Origin: Eledone cirrhosa
Lineage: Eukaryota
Direction: 5' to 3'
DNA length: 64,000 nt
Assembly: GCA_964016885.1 (NCBI GenBank)
Contig: OZ024741.1
Coordinates: 12,524,001 to 12,588,000, forward strand
Below are positions 10,001 through 28,400 of this stretch, in pieces (within the stretch, counting starts at the first letter, position 1; every line of letters begins with the position of its first letter). A program made the position numbers and the translations under genes. The notes beneath the pieces are model-generated. The model saw only the letters and a list, made by a program, of their open reading frames with translations. It searched no databases and was not told the DNA's origin.

Positions 10001-10499
10001 TACATACACACACATCTACTGACTTTCATATACACACATCTACTGAGTTACATACACACACATCTACTGAGTTACATACACAAACACCTACCGAGTTACA
10101 TACACACATATCTACTGTGTTACATACACACATCTACTGAGTCACATACATACATCTACTGAATTACATACACACATATCTACTGAGTTACATAAACACG
10201 CATCTACTGAGTTACATACACACATCTACTGAATTACATACACGCACATTTACTGAGTTACATACACACACATCTACTGAGTTACATACACACACATCTC
10301 CTAAGTTACATACACACATCTACTGAGTTACATACACACACATCTACTGAGTTACATACACACATATCTACTGAGTTACATACACACATCTACTGAGTTA
10401 CATACACGCACATCTATTGAGTTACATACACACACATCTACTGAGATAGATACACACACATCTACTGAGTTACATACATACATCTACTGAGTTACATAC

Positions 10500-13400
10500 A
10501 CACACATCAACTGAGTTACATACACAAACATCTACTGAGTTACATATACACACATCTACTGTGTTACATACACACACATCTACTGAGTTACATACACACA
10601 TCTACTGAGTTACATAAACACATATCTACGGAGTTACATACACACACATCTACTGAGTTACATACACACACATCTACTGAGTTACATACACAAACATCTA
10701 CTGAGTTACATACACATCTACTGTGTTACATACAAACACATCTACTGAGTCACATACATACATCTACTGAATAACATACACACACATCTACTGAGTAACA
10801 TACACACGCATCTACTGAGTTACATATACACACATCCACTGAGCTACATACACACACCTCTACTGAGTTACATACACACATCTACTGAGTTACATACACG
10901 CACATCTACTGAGTTACATACATACATCTACAGAGTTACATACACACACATCTACTGACTTACATATACCCACATCTACTGAGTTACATACACACACATC
11001 TACTGAGTTACATACACACATACAACTACTGAGTTACATATACACATATCTACTGAGTTACATACACACATCTACTGAGTTACATACACACATACAACTA
11101 CTGTTGTTACGTATACACATATCTACTGAGTTACATACACATATCTACTCAGTTACATATACACACACAACTACTGAGTTACATGCAAACATCTACTGAG
11201 TTACATACACACATATCTACTGAGTTACATACACACATCTACTTAGTTACATACACACATCTACTGAGTTACATACATACACATCTACTGAGTTACATAC
11301 ACTGGCATCTACTGAGTTACATGCACACATATCTACTGAGTTACATACACGCACATCTATTGAGTCACATACACACACATCTACTGAGTTACATACACAC
11401 ACCTCTGCTGAGTTACATACACACACAACTACTGAGTTACATACACACATCTACTGAGTTACATACACACATCTACTGAGTTAGATACACTCACATCTAC
11501 CGAGTTACATACACTCACATCTATTCAGTTACATACACACATATCTACTGAGTTACATACACACACATCTACTGTGTCACATACACACACATCTACTGAG
11601 TTACATATATACATCTACTGAATTACATACACACACATCTACTGAGTTACATACACACACATCTACTGAGTTACATACATACAGATCTAGTGAGTTACAT
11701 ACATACATCTACTGAGTTACATACACACATATCTACTGAGTTACATACACACACATCTACTGAGTTATATACACACATCTCTACCGAGTTACATACACAC
11801 ACATCTACTGAGTTACATACACTCACATCTACTGTGTTTCATACACACATATATCCCTAGTTACATACACACATCTACTGAGTTACAAACACACACATCT
11901 ACTGAGTCACATACATACACATCTACTGAGTTACATACACTCACATCTACTGAGTTACATACACACAAATCTACTGTGTTACATATACACACATCCACTG
12001 AGTTACATACACACACCTCTACTGAGTTACATACACACATCTACTCAGTTACATACACGCACATCTACTGAGTTACATACACACACATCTACTGAGTTAC
12101 ATGAATGCATCTACTGAGTTACATACACACACATCTACTGAGTTACATACACACACATCTACTGAGTTACATACACACACACAACTACTGAGTTACATAC
12201 ACACATCTACTGAGTTACATACACACACATCAACTGAGATACATACACACATCTACAGAGTTACATACACACACATCTACAGAGTTATATACACACACAT
12301 CTACTGAGTTACCTACACTCACATCTACTGTGTTAAATAAACATATCTACGGAGTTACATACATACACAGCTATTGAGTTCCATACACACATCTACTGAG
12401 TTACATACACACATATCTACTGAGTTACATACACACATCTATTTAGTTACATACACACATCTACTGAGTTACATACATACACATATATTGAGTTACATAC
12501 ACACACATCTACTGAGTTACATACACACATATCTACTGAGTTACATACACAAACATCTACTGAGTTATATACACACACATCTACTGAATTACATACACAC
12601 ACATCTATTGAGTTACATATACACACATCTACTGAGTTACATACACACATCTACTGAGTTACATATACACACATCCACTGAGTTACATACACACACCTCT
12701 ACTGAGTTACATACATACACATCTACTGAGTTACATACATACACATCTACTGAGTTATTTACACTCACATCTACTGAGTTACATACACTCACATCTACTG
12801 AGTTACATACACACATCTACTGAGTTACCTACACACACACATCTACTGAGTTACATACACTCACATCTACTGAGTTACATACACACATCTACTGAGTTAC
12901 ATACACACACATCTACTGAGTTATATACACACATATCTACTGAGTTACATACACACACATCTATTGAGTTAAATACACACACATCTACTGTGTCAAATAC
13001 ATACACATCTACTGAATTACATACACACATCTGCTGAGTTACATACACAAACATCTACTGAGTTACATACACACACATCCACTGAGTTACATACATACAC
13101 ATCTACTTAGTTACATACACACACATCTACTGAGTTAAATACACACACATCTACTGAGTTACATATACACACATCCACTGAGTTACATACACACTCCTCT
13201 ACTGAGTGACATACACACATCTACTGAGTTACATACACGCACATCTACTGAGTTACATACATACACCTACTGAGCTACATACACACACATCTACTGAGTT
13301 ACATACACCGACATCTACTGTGTTACATATACACACATCTACTGAGTTACATACACACAAATCTACTGAGTTACATACACACACATCTAATGAGTTACAT

Positions 13401-16400
13401 ACACGCACATCTACTGAGTTACATACATACATCTACTGAGTTACATACATACACATCTACTGAGTTATATAAACACACATCTACTGAGTTACATACAGAC
13501 ACATCTACTGAGTTACATACACACCTCTACAGAGTTACATACAGACACATCTACTGAGTTACATATACACATCTACTAAGCTACATATACACACATCTAC
13601 TGAGTTACAGACACACATCTACTGAGTTACATACACACATATCTACTGAGTTACATATACACATATCTACCGAGTTACATACACATATCTACTGAGTTAC
13701 ATACACACACACAACTACTGAGTTCCATGCACACTACTCCTGAGTTACATACACTCACATCTACTGAGTTACATACACTCACATCTACTGAGTTACATAC
13801 ACACATCTACTGAGTTACATACACGCACATCTACTGAGTTACATACATACATCTACAGAGTTACATACACACACATCTACTGACTTACATATACCCACAA
13901 CTACTGAGTTACATACACACACATCTACTGAGTTACATACACACATACAACTACTGAGTTACATATACACATATCTACTGAGTTACATACACACATCTAC
14001 TGAGTTACATACACACATACAACTACTGTTGTTACATATACACATATCTACTGAGTTACATACACATATCTACTCAGTTACATATACACACACAACTACT
14101 GAGTTACATGCAAACATCTACTGAGTTACATATACACACATCTACTGAGTTACATACACACATCTACTGAGTTACATATACACACATCCACTGAGTTACA
14201 TACACACACCTCTACTGAGTTACATACATACATATCTACTGAGTTACATACATACACATCTACTAAGCTACATATACACACATCTACTGAGTTACAGACA
14301 CACATCTACTGAGTTACATGCACACATCTACTGAGTTACATACACACACATCTACTGAGTTACATACACACATCTACTGAGTTACATACACGCATATCTA
14401 CTGAGTTACATATACACATATCTACCGAGTTACATACACATATCTACTGAGTTACATACACACACACAACTACTGAGTTCCATGCACACTACTCCTGAGT
14501 TACATACACTCACATCTACTGAGTTACATACACTCACATCTACTGAGTTACATACACACACATCTACTGAGTTACATACACATATCTACTGAGTTACATA
14601 CACACACAACTACTGAGATACATGCACACATCTACTGAGTTACATACACACATATCTACTGTGTTACATACACACCTCTACATAGTTACATACACACATC
14701 TGCTGAGTTGCATACACACACATCTACTGAGTTACATACACACACATCTACTGTGTTACATACACACACATCTACTGAGTCACATACATACATCTACTGA
14801 ATTACATACACACACATCTACTGAGTTACATACACACACATCTACTGTGTTACATACACACACATCTACTGAGTTACATACACACACATCTCCTAAGTTA
14901 TATACACACATCTACTGAGTTACATACACACACATCTACTGAGTTACATACAGACATATCTACTGAATTACATACACACATCTACTGAGTTACATACACG
15001 CACATCTACTGAGTTACATACACACATCTACTGAGTTACATACATCTACTGAGTTACATACACACACATCTACTGAGTTACATACACAAACATCTACTGA
15101 GTTACATATACACACATCTACTGTGTTACATACACACACATCTACTGAGTTACATACACACATCTACTGAGTTACATAAACACATATCTACGGAGTTACA
15201 TACACACACATCTACTGAGTTACATAGACACACATCTACTGAGTTACATACACAAACATCTACTGAGTTACATACACATCTACTGTGTTACATACACACA
15301 CATCTACTGAGTCACATACATACATCTACTGAATAACATACACACACATCTACTGAGTAACATACACACGCATCTACTGAGTTACATATACACACATCCA
15401 CTGAGCTACATACACACACCTCTACTGAGTTACATACACACATCTACTGAGTTACATACACGCACATCTACTGAGTTACATACATACATCTACAGAGTTA
15501 CATACACACACATCTACTGACTTACATATACCCACATCTACTGAGTTACATACACACACATCTACTGAGTTACATACACACATACAACTACTGAGTTACA
15601 TATCCACATATCTACTGAGTTACATACACACATCTACTGAGTTACATACACACATACAACTACTGTTGTTACATATACACATATCTACTGAGTTACATAC
15701 ACATATCTACTCAGTTACATATACACACACAACTACTGAGTTACATGCAAACATCTACTGAGTTACATACACACATATCTACTGAGTTACATACACACAT
15801 CTACTTAGTTACATACACACATCTACTGAGTTACATACATACACATCTACTGAGTTACATACACTGGCATCTACTGAGTTACATACACACATATCTACTG
15901 AGTTACATACACGCACATCTATTGAGTCACATACACACACATCTACTGAGTTACATACACACACCTCTGCTAAGTTACATAGACACACAACTACTGAGTT
16001 ACATATACACACACATCTACTGAGTTACATACACTCACATCTACCGAGTAACATACACTCACATCTACTCAGTTACATACACACATATCTACTGAGTTAC
16101 ATACACACACATCTACTGTGTCACATACACACACATCTACTGAGTTACATATATACATCTACTGAATTACATACACACACATCTACTGAGTTACATACAC
16201 ACACATCTACTGAGTTACATACATACAGATCTAGTGAGTTACATACATACATCTACTGAGTTACATACACACATATCTACTGAGTTACATACACACACAT
16301 CTACTGAGTTATATACACACATCTCTACTGAGTTACATACACACACATCTACTGAGTTACATACACTCACATCTACTGTGTTTCATACACACATATATCC

Positions 16401-19400
16401 CTAGTTACATACACACATCTACTGAGTTACAAACACACACATCTACTGAGTCACATACATACACATCTACTGAGTTACATACACTCACATCTACTGAGTT
16501 ACATACACACAAATCTACTGTGTTACATATACACACATCCACTGAGTTACATACACACACCTCTACTGAGTTACATACACACATCTACTCAGTTACATAC
16601 ACGCACATCTACTGAGTTACATACACACACATCTACTGAGTTACATGAATGCATCTACTGAGTTACATACACACACATCTACTGAGTTACATACACACAC
16701 ATCTACTGTGTTACATACACACACATCTACTCAGTTACATATACACATATCTACTGAGTTACATACACACAAATCTACTGAGTTACATACACACACATCT
16801 ACTGAGTTACATACACACACACAACTACTGAGTTACATACACACATCTACTGAGTTACATACACACACATCTACTGTGTTAAATAAACATATCTACTGAG
16901 TTACATACATACACAGCTATTGAGTTCCATACACACATCTACTGAGTTACATACACACATATCTACTGAGTTACATACACACATCTACTTAGTTACATAC
17001 ACACATCTACTGAGTTACATACATACACATATATTGAGTTACATACACACACATCTACTGAGTTACATACACACATATCTACTGATTTACATACACAAAC
17101 ATCTACTGAGTTATATACACACACATCTACTGAATTACATACACACACATCTACTGAGTTACATATACACACATCTACTGAGTTACATACACACATCTAC
17201 TGAGTTACATATACACACATCCACTGAGTTACATACACACACCTCTACTGAGTTACATACATACACATCTACTGAGTTACATACATACACATCTACTGAG
17301 TTATTTACACTCACATCTACTGAGTTACATACACTCACATCTACTGAGTTACATACACACATCTACTGAGTTACCTACACACACACATCTACTGAGTTAC
17401 ATACACTCACATCTACTGAGTTACATACACACATCTACTGAGTTACATACACACACATCTACTGAGTTATATACACACATATCTACTGAGTTAAATACAC
17501 ACACATCTATTGAGTTACATACACACACATCTACTGTGTCAAATACATACACATCTACTGAGTTACATACACACATCTACTGAATTACGTACACACACAT
17601 CTACTGAGTTATATACACACGCATCTACTGAGTTACATACACACATCTGCTGAGTTACATACACACACATCTACTGAGTTACATACACACACATCCATTG
17701 AGTTACATACATACACATCTACTTAGTTACATACACACACATCTACTGAGTTAAATACACACACATCTACTGAGTTACATATACACACATCCACTGAGTT
17801 ACATACACACACCTCTACTGAGTGACATACACACATCTACTGAGTTACATACACGCACATCTACTGAGTTACATACATACACCTACTGAGCTACATACAC
17901 ACACATCTACTGAGTTACATACACCGACATCTACTGTGTTACATATACACACATCTACTGAGTTACATACACACAAATCTACTGAGTTACATACACACAC
18001 ATCTAATGAGTTACATACACGCACATCTACTGAGTTACATACATACATCTACGGAGTTACATACATACACATCTACTGAGTTATATAAACACACATCTAC
18101 TTAGTTACATACAGACACATCTACTGAGTTACATACACACCTCTACAGAGTTACATACAGACACATCTACTGAGTTACATATACACATCTACTAAGCTAC
18201 ATATACACACATCTACTGAGTTACAGACACACATCTACTGAGTTACATACACACATCTACTGAGTTACATACACACACATCTACTGAGTTACATACACAC
18301 ATCTACTGAGTTACATACACACATATCTACTGAGTTACATATACACATATCTACCGAGTTACATACACATATCTACTGAGTTACATACACACACACAACT
18401 ACTGAGTTCCATGCACACTACTCCTGAGTTACATACACTCACATCTACTGAGTTACATACACACACATCTACTGAGTTACATACACATATCTACTGAGTT
18501 ACATACACACACAACTACTGAGTTACATGCACACATCTACTGAGTTACATACACACATATCTACTGAGTTACATACACACCTCTACTTAGTTACATACAC
18601 ACATCTGCTGAGTTGCATACACACACATCTACTGAGTTACATACACATACATCTACTGTGTTACATACACACACATCTACTGAGTCACATACATACATCT
18701 ACTGAATTACATACACACACATCTACTGAGTTACATACACACGCATCTACTGAGTTACATACACACATGTACTGAATTAGATACACGCACATCTACTGAG
18801 TTACATACACACACATCTACTGAGTTACATACACACACATCTCCTAAGTTATATACACACATCAACTGAGTTACATACACACACATCTACTGAGTTACAT
18901 ACAGACATATCTACTGAGTTACATACACACATCTACTGAGTTACATACACGCACATCTACTGAGTTACATACACACATCTACTGAGTTACATACATACAT
19001 CTACTGAGTTACATACACACACATCTACTGAGTTACATACACAAACATCTACTGAGTTACATATACACACATCTACTGTGTTACATACACACACATCTAC
19101 TGAGTTACATACACACATCTACTGAGTTACATAAACACATATCTACGGAGTTAAATACACACACATCTACTGAGTTACATAGACACACATCTACTGAGTT
19201 ACATACACAAACATCTACTGAGTTACATACACATCTACTGTGTTACATACACACACATCTACTGAGTCACATACATACATCTACTGAATAACATACACAC
19301 ACATCTACTGAGTAACATACACACGCATCTACTGAGTTACATATACACACATCCACTGAGCTACATACACACACCTCTACTGAGTTACATACACACATCT

Positions 19401-22400
19401 ACTGAGTTACATACACGCACATCTACTGAGTTACATACATACATCTACAGAGTTACATACACACACATCTACTGACTTACATATACCCACATCTACTGAG
19501 TTACATACACACACATCTACTGAGTTACATACACACATACAACTACTGAGTTACATATACACATATCTACTGAGTTACATACACACATCTACTGAGTTAC
19601 ATACACACATACAACTACTGTTGTTACATATACACATATCTACTGAGTTACATACACATATCTACTCAGTTACATATACACACACAACTACTGAGTTACA
19701 TGCAAACATCTACTGAGTTACATACAGACATATCTACTGAGTTACATACACACATCTACTTAGTTACATACACACATCTACTGAGTTACATACATACACA
19801 TCTACTGAGTTACATACACTGGCATCTACTGAGTTACATACACACATATCTACTGAGTTACATACACGCACATCTATTGAGTCACATACACACACATCTA
19901 CTGAGTTACATACACACACCTCTGCTGAGTTACATACACACACAACTACTGAGTTACATATACACACACATCTACTGAGTTACATACACACATCTACTGA
20001 GTTACATACTCTCACATCTACCGAGTTACATACACTCACATCTACTCAGTTACATACACACACATCTACTGAGTTACATATACACACATCTACTGAGTTA
20101 CATACACACATCTACTGAGTTACATATACACACATCCACTGAGTTACATACACACACCTCTACTGAGTTACATACATACACATCTACTGAGTTACATACA
20201 TACACATCTACTGAGTTATTTACACTCACATCTACTGAGTTACATACACTCACATCTACTGAGTTACATACACACATCTACTGAGTTACCTACACACACA
20301 CATCTACTGTGTCAAATACATACACATCTACTGAGTTACATACACACATCTACTGAATTACGTACACACACATCTACTGAGTTATATACACACGCATCTA
20401 CTGAGTTACATACACATATCTGCTGAGTTACATACACACACATCTACTGAGTTACATACACACACATCCACTGAGTTACATACATACACATCTACTTAGT
20501 TACATACACACACATCTACTGAGTTAAATACACACACATCTACTGTGTTACATATACACACATCCACTGAGTTACATACACGCACATCTACTGAGTTACA
20601 TACATACACCTACTGAGCTACATACACACACATCTACTGAGTTACATACACCGACATCTACTGTGTTACATATACACACATCTACTGAGTTACATACACA
20701 CAAATCTACTGAGTTACATACACACACATCTAATGAGTTACATACACGCACATCTACTGAGTTACATACATACATCTACGGAGTTACATACATAGACATC
20801 TACTGAGTTATATAAACACACATCTACTGAGTTACATACAGACACATCTACTGAGTTACATACACACCTCTACAGAGTTACATACAGACACATCTACTGA
20901 GTTACATATACACATCTACTAAGCTACATATACACACATCTACTGAGTTACAGACACACATCTACTGAGTTACATACACACATCTACTGAGTTACATACA
21001 CACACATCTACTGAGTTACATACACACATCTACTGAGTTACATACACACATATCTACTGAGTTACATATACACATATCTACCGAGTTACATACACATATC
21101 TACTGAGTTACATACACACACACAACTACTGAGTTCCATGCACACTACTCCTGAGTTACATACACTCACATCTACTGAGTTACATACACTCACATCTACT
21201 GAGTTGCATACACACACATCTACTGAGTTACATACACATATCTACTGAGTTACATACACACACAACTACTGAGTTACATGCACACATCTACTGAGTTTCA
21301 TACACACATATCTACTGAGTTACATACACACCTCTACTTAGTTACATACACACATCTGCTGAGTTGCATACACACACATCTACTGAGTTACATACACACA
21401 CATCTACTGTGTGACATACACACACATCTACTGAGTCACATACATACATCTACTGAATTACATACACACACATCTACTGAGTTACATACACACGCATCTA
21501 CTGAGTTACATACACACATGTACTGAATTAGATACACGCACATCTACTGAGTTACATACGCACACATCTACTGAGTTACATACACACACATCTCCTAAGT
21601 TATATACACACATCTACTGAGTTACATACACACACATCTACTGAGTTACATACAGACATATCTACTGAGTTACATACACACATCTACTGAGTTACATACA
21701 CGCACATCTACTGAGTTACATACACACATCTACTGAGTTACATACATACATCTACTGAGTTACATACACACACATCTACTGAGTTACATACACAAACATC
21801 TACTGAGTTACATATACACACATCTACTGTGTTACATACACACACATCTACTGAGTTACATACACACATCTACTGAGTTACATAAACATATATCTACGGA
21901 GTTACATACACACACATCTACTGAGTTACATAGACACACATCTACTGAGTTACATACACAAACATCTACTGAGTTACATACACATCTACTGTGTTACATA
22001 CACACACATCTACTGAGTCACATACATACATCTACTGAATAACATACACACACATCTACTGAGTAACATACACACGCATCTACTGAGTTACATATACACA
22101 CATCCACTGAGCTACATAACACACCTCTACTGAGTTACATACACACATCTACTGAGTTACATACACGCACATCTACTGAGTTACATACATACATCTACAG
22201 AGTTACATACACACACATCTACTGACTTACATATACCCACATCTACTGAGTTACATACACACACATCTACTGAGTTACATACACACATACAACTACTGTT
22301 GTTACATATACACATATCTACTGAGTTACATACACATATCTACTCAGTTACATATACACACACAACTACTGAGTTACATGCAAACATCTACTGAGTTACA

Positions 22401-25400
22401 TACACACATATCTACTGAGTTACATACACACATCTACTTAGTTACATACACACATCTACTGAGTTACATACATACACATCTACTGAGTTACATACACTGG
22501 CATCTACTGAGTTACATACACACATATCTACTGAGTTACATACACGCACATCTATTGAGTCACATACACACACATCTACTGAGTTACATACACACACCTC
22601 TGCTGAGTTACATACACACACAACTACTGAGTTACATATACACACACATCTACTGAGTTACATACACACATCTACTGAGTTACATACACTCACATCTACC
22701 GAGTTACATACACTCACATCTACTCAGTTACATACACACATATCTACTGAGTTACATACACACACATCTACTGTGTCACATACACACACATCTACTGAGT
22801 TACATATATACATCTACTGAATTACATACACACACATCTACTGAGTTACATACACACACATCTACTGAGTTACATACATACAGATCTAGTGAGTTACATA
22901 CATACATCTACTGAGTTACATACACACATATCTACTGAGTTACATACACACACATCTACTGAGTTATATACACACATCTCTATTGAGTTACATACACACA
23001 CATCTACTGAGTTACATACACTCACATCTACTGTGTTTCATACACACATATATCCCTAGTTACATACACACATCTACTGAGTTACAAACACACACATCTA
23101 CTGAGTCACATACATACACATCTACTGAGTTACATACACTCACATCTACTGAGTTACATACACACAAATCTACTGTGTTACATATACACACATCCACTGA
23201 GTTACATACACACACCTCTACTGAGTTACATACACACATCTACTCAGTTACATACACGCACATCTACTGAGTTGCATACACACACATCTACTGAGTTACA
23301 TGAATGCATCTACTGAGTTACATACACACACATATACTGAGTTACATACACACACATCTACTGAGTTACATACACACACATCTACTCAGTTACATATACA
23401 CATATCTACTGAGTTACATACACACAAATCTACTGAGTTACATACACACACATCTACTGAGTTACATACACACACACAACTACTGAGTTACATACACACA
23501 TCTACTGAGTTACATACGCACACATCAACCGAGATACATACACACATCTACAGAGTTACATACACACACATCTACAGAGTTATATACACACACATCTACT
23601 GAGTTACATACACTCACATCTACTGTGTTAAATAAACATATCTACTGAGTTACATACATACACAGCTATTGAGTACCATACACACATCTACTGAGTTACA
23701 TACACACATATCTACTGAGTTACATACACACATCTACTTAGTTACATACACACATCTACTGAGTTACATACATACACATATATTGAGTTACATACACACA
23801 CATCTACTGAGTTACATACACACATATCTACTAAGTTACATACACAAACATCTACTGAGTTATATACACACACATCTACTGAATTACATACACACACATC
23901 TACTGAGTTACATATACACACATCTACTGAGTTACATACACACATCTACTGAGTTACATATACACACATCCACTGAGTTATAGACACACACCTCTACTGA
24001 GTTACATACATACACATCTACTGAGTTACATACATACACATCTACTGAGTTATTTACACTCACATCTACTGAGTTACATACACTCACATCTACTGAGTTA
24101 CATACACACATCTACTGAGTTACATACACACACACATCTACTGAGTTACATACACTCACATCTACTGAGTTACATACACACATCTACTGAGTTACATACA
24201 CACACATCTACTGAGTTATATACACACATATCTACTGAGTTACATACACACACATCTATTGAGTTACATACACACACATCTACTGTGTCAAATACATACA
24301 CATCTACTGAGTTACATACACACATCTACTGAATTACGTACACACACATCTACTGAGTTATATACACACGCATCTACTGAGTTACATACACACATCTGCT
24401 GAGTTACATACACACACATCTACTGAGTTACATACACACACATCCACTGAGTTACATACATACACATCTACTTAGTTACATACACACACATCTACTGAGT
24501 TAAATACATACACATCTACTTAATTACATATACACACATCCACTGAGTTACATACACACACCTCTACTGAGTGACATACACACATCTACTGAGTTACATA
24601 CACGCACATCTACTGAGTTACATACATACACCTACTGAGCTACATACACACACATCTACTGAGTTACATACACCGACATCTACTGTGTTACATATACACA
24701 CATCTACTGAGTTACATACACACAAATCTACTGAGTTACATACACACACATCTAATGAGTTACATACACGCACATCTACTGAGTTACATACATACATCTA
24801 CGGAGTTACATACATACACATCTACTGAGTTATATAAACACACATCTACTGAGTTACATACAGACACATCTACTGAGTTACATACACACCTCTACAGAGT
24901 TACATACAGACACATCTACTGAGTTACATATACACATCTACTAAGCTACATATACACACATCTACTGAGTTACAGACACACATCTACTGAGTTACATACA
25001 CACATCTACTGAGTTACATACACACACATCTACTGAGTTACATACACACATCTACTGAGTTACATACACACATATCTACTGAGTTACATATACACATATC
25101 TACCGAGTTACATACACATATCTACTGAGTTACACACACACACACAACTACTGAGTTCCATGCACACTACTCCTGAGTTACATACACTCACATCTACTGA
25201 GTTACATACACTCACATCTACTGAGTTACATACACACACATCTACTGAGTTACATACACATATCTACTGAGTTACACACACACACAACTACTGAGTTACA
25301 TGCACACATCTACTGAGTTACATACACACATATCTACTGAGTTACATACACACCTCTACTTAGTTACATACACACATCTACTGAGTTGCATACACACACA

Positions 25401-28400
25401 TCTACTGAGTTACATACACACACATCTACTGTGTTACATACACACACATCTACTGAGTCACATACATACATCTACTGAATTACATACACACACATCTACT
25501 GAGTTACATACACACGCATCTACTGAGTTACATACACACATCTACTGAATTACATACACGCACATCTACTGAGTTACATACACACACATCTACTGAGTTA
25601 CATACACACACATCTCCTAAGTTATATACACACATCTACTGAGTTACATACACACACATCTACTGAGTTACATACAGACATATCTACTGAGTTACATACA
25701 CACATCTACTGAGTTACATACACGCACATCTACTGAGTTACATACACACATCTACTGAGTTACATACACACACATCTACTGAGTTACATACATACATCTA
25801 CTGAGTTACGTACACACACATCTACTGAGTTACATACAAACACATCTACTGAGTTACATATACACACATCTACTGTGTTACATACACACACATCTACTGA
25901 GTTACATACACACATCTACTGAGTTATATACACTCACATCTACTGAGTTACATACACTCACATCTACTGAGTTACATAAACACATATCTACGGAGTTACA
26001 TACACACACATCTACTGAGTTACATACACACACATCTACTGAGTTACATACACAAACATCTACTGAGTTGCATACACATCTACTGTGTTACATACACACA
26101 CATCTACTGAGTCACATACATACATCTACTGAATAACATACACACACATCTACTGAGTAACATACACACGCATCTACTGAGTTACATATACACACATCCA
26201 CTGAGCTACATACACACACCTCTACTGAGTTACATACACACATCTACTGAGTTACATACACGCACATCTACTGAGTTACATACATACATCTACAGAGTTA
26301 CATACACACACATCTACTGACTTACATATACCCACATCTACTGAGTTATATACACACACATCTACTGAGTTACATACACACATACAACTACTGTTGTTAC
26401 ATATACACATATCTACTGAGTTACATACACATATCTACTCAGTTACATATACACACACAACTACTGAGTTACATGCAAACATCTACTGAGTTACATACAC
26501 ACATATCTACTGAGTTACATACACACATCTACTTAGTTACATACACACATCTACTGTGTTACATACATACACATCTACTGAGTTACATACACTGGCATCT
26601 ACTGAGTTACATACACACATATCTACTGAGTTACATACACGCACATCTATTGAGTCACATACACACACATCTACTGAGTTACATACACACACCTCTGCTG
26701 AGTTACATACACACACAACTACTGAGTTACATATACACACACATCTACTGAGTTACATACACACATCTACTGAGTTACATACACTCACATCTACCGAGTT
26801 ACATACACTCACATCTACTCAGTTACATACACACATATCTACTGAGTTACATACACACACATCTACTGTGTCACATACACACACATCTACTGAGTTACAT
26901 ATATACATCTACTGAATTACATACACACACATCTACTGAGTTACATACACACACATCTACTGAGTTACATACATACAGATCTAGTGAGTTACATACATAC
27001 ATCTACTGAGTTACATACACACATATCTACTGAGCTACATACACACACATCTACTGAGTTATATACACACATCTCTATTGAGTTACATACACACACATCT
27101 ACTGAGTTACATACACTCACATCTACTGTGTTTCATACACACATATATCCCTAGTTACATACACACATCTACTGAGTTACAAACACACACATCTACTGAG
27201 TCACATACATACACATCTACTGAGTTACATACACTCACATCTACTGAGTTACATACACACAAATTTACTGTGTTACATATACACACATCCACTGAGTTAC
27301 ATACACACACCTCTACTGAGTTACATACACACATCTACTCAGTTACATACACGCACATCTACTGAGTTGCATACACACACATCTACTGAGTTACATGAAT
27401 GCATCTACTGAGTTACATACACACACATATACTGAGTTACATACACACACATCTACTGAGTTACATACACACACATCTACTCAGTTACATATACACATAT
27501 CTACTGAGTTACATACACACAAATCTACTGAGTTACATACACACACATCTACTGAGTTACATACACACACACAACTACTGAGTTACATACACACATCTAC
27601 TGAGTTACATACGCACACATCAACCGAGATACATACACACATCTACAGAGTTACATACACACACATCTACAGAGTTATATACACACACATCTACTGAGTT
27701 ACATACACTCACATCTACTGTGTTAAATAAACATATCTACTGAGTTACATACATACACAGCTATTGAGTACCATACACACATCTACTGAGTTACATACAC
27801 ACATATCTACTGAGTTACATACACACATCTACTTAGTTACATACACACATCTACTGAGTTACATACATACACATATATTGAGTTACATACACACACATGT
27901 ACTGAGTTACATACACACATATCTACTAAGTTACATACACAAACATCTACTGAGTTATATACACACACATCTACTGAATTACATACACACACATCTACTG
28001 AGTTACATATACACACATCTACTGAGTTACATACACACATCTACTGAGTTACATATACACACATCCACTGAGTTATAGACACACACCTCTACTGAGTTAC
28101 ATACATACACATCTACTGAGTTACATACATACACATCTACTGAGTTATTTACACTCACATCTACTGAGTTACATACACTCACATCTACTGAGTTACATAC
28201 ACACATCTACTGAGTTACATACACACACACATCTACTGAGTTACATACACTCACATCTACTGAGTTACATACACACATCTACTGAGTTACATACACACAC
28301 ATCTACTGAGTTATATACACACATATCTACTGAGTTACATACACACACATCTATTGAGTTACATACAGACACATCTACTGTGTCAAATACATACACATCT

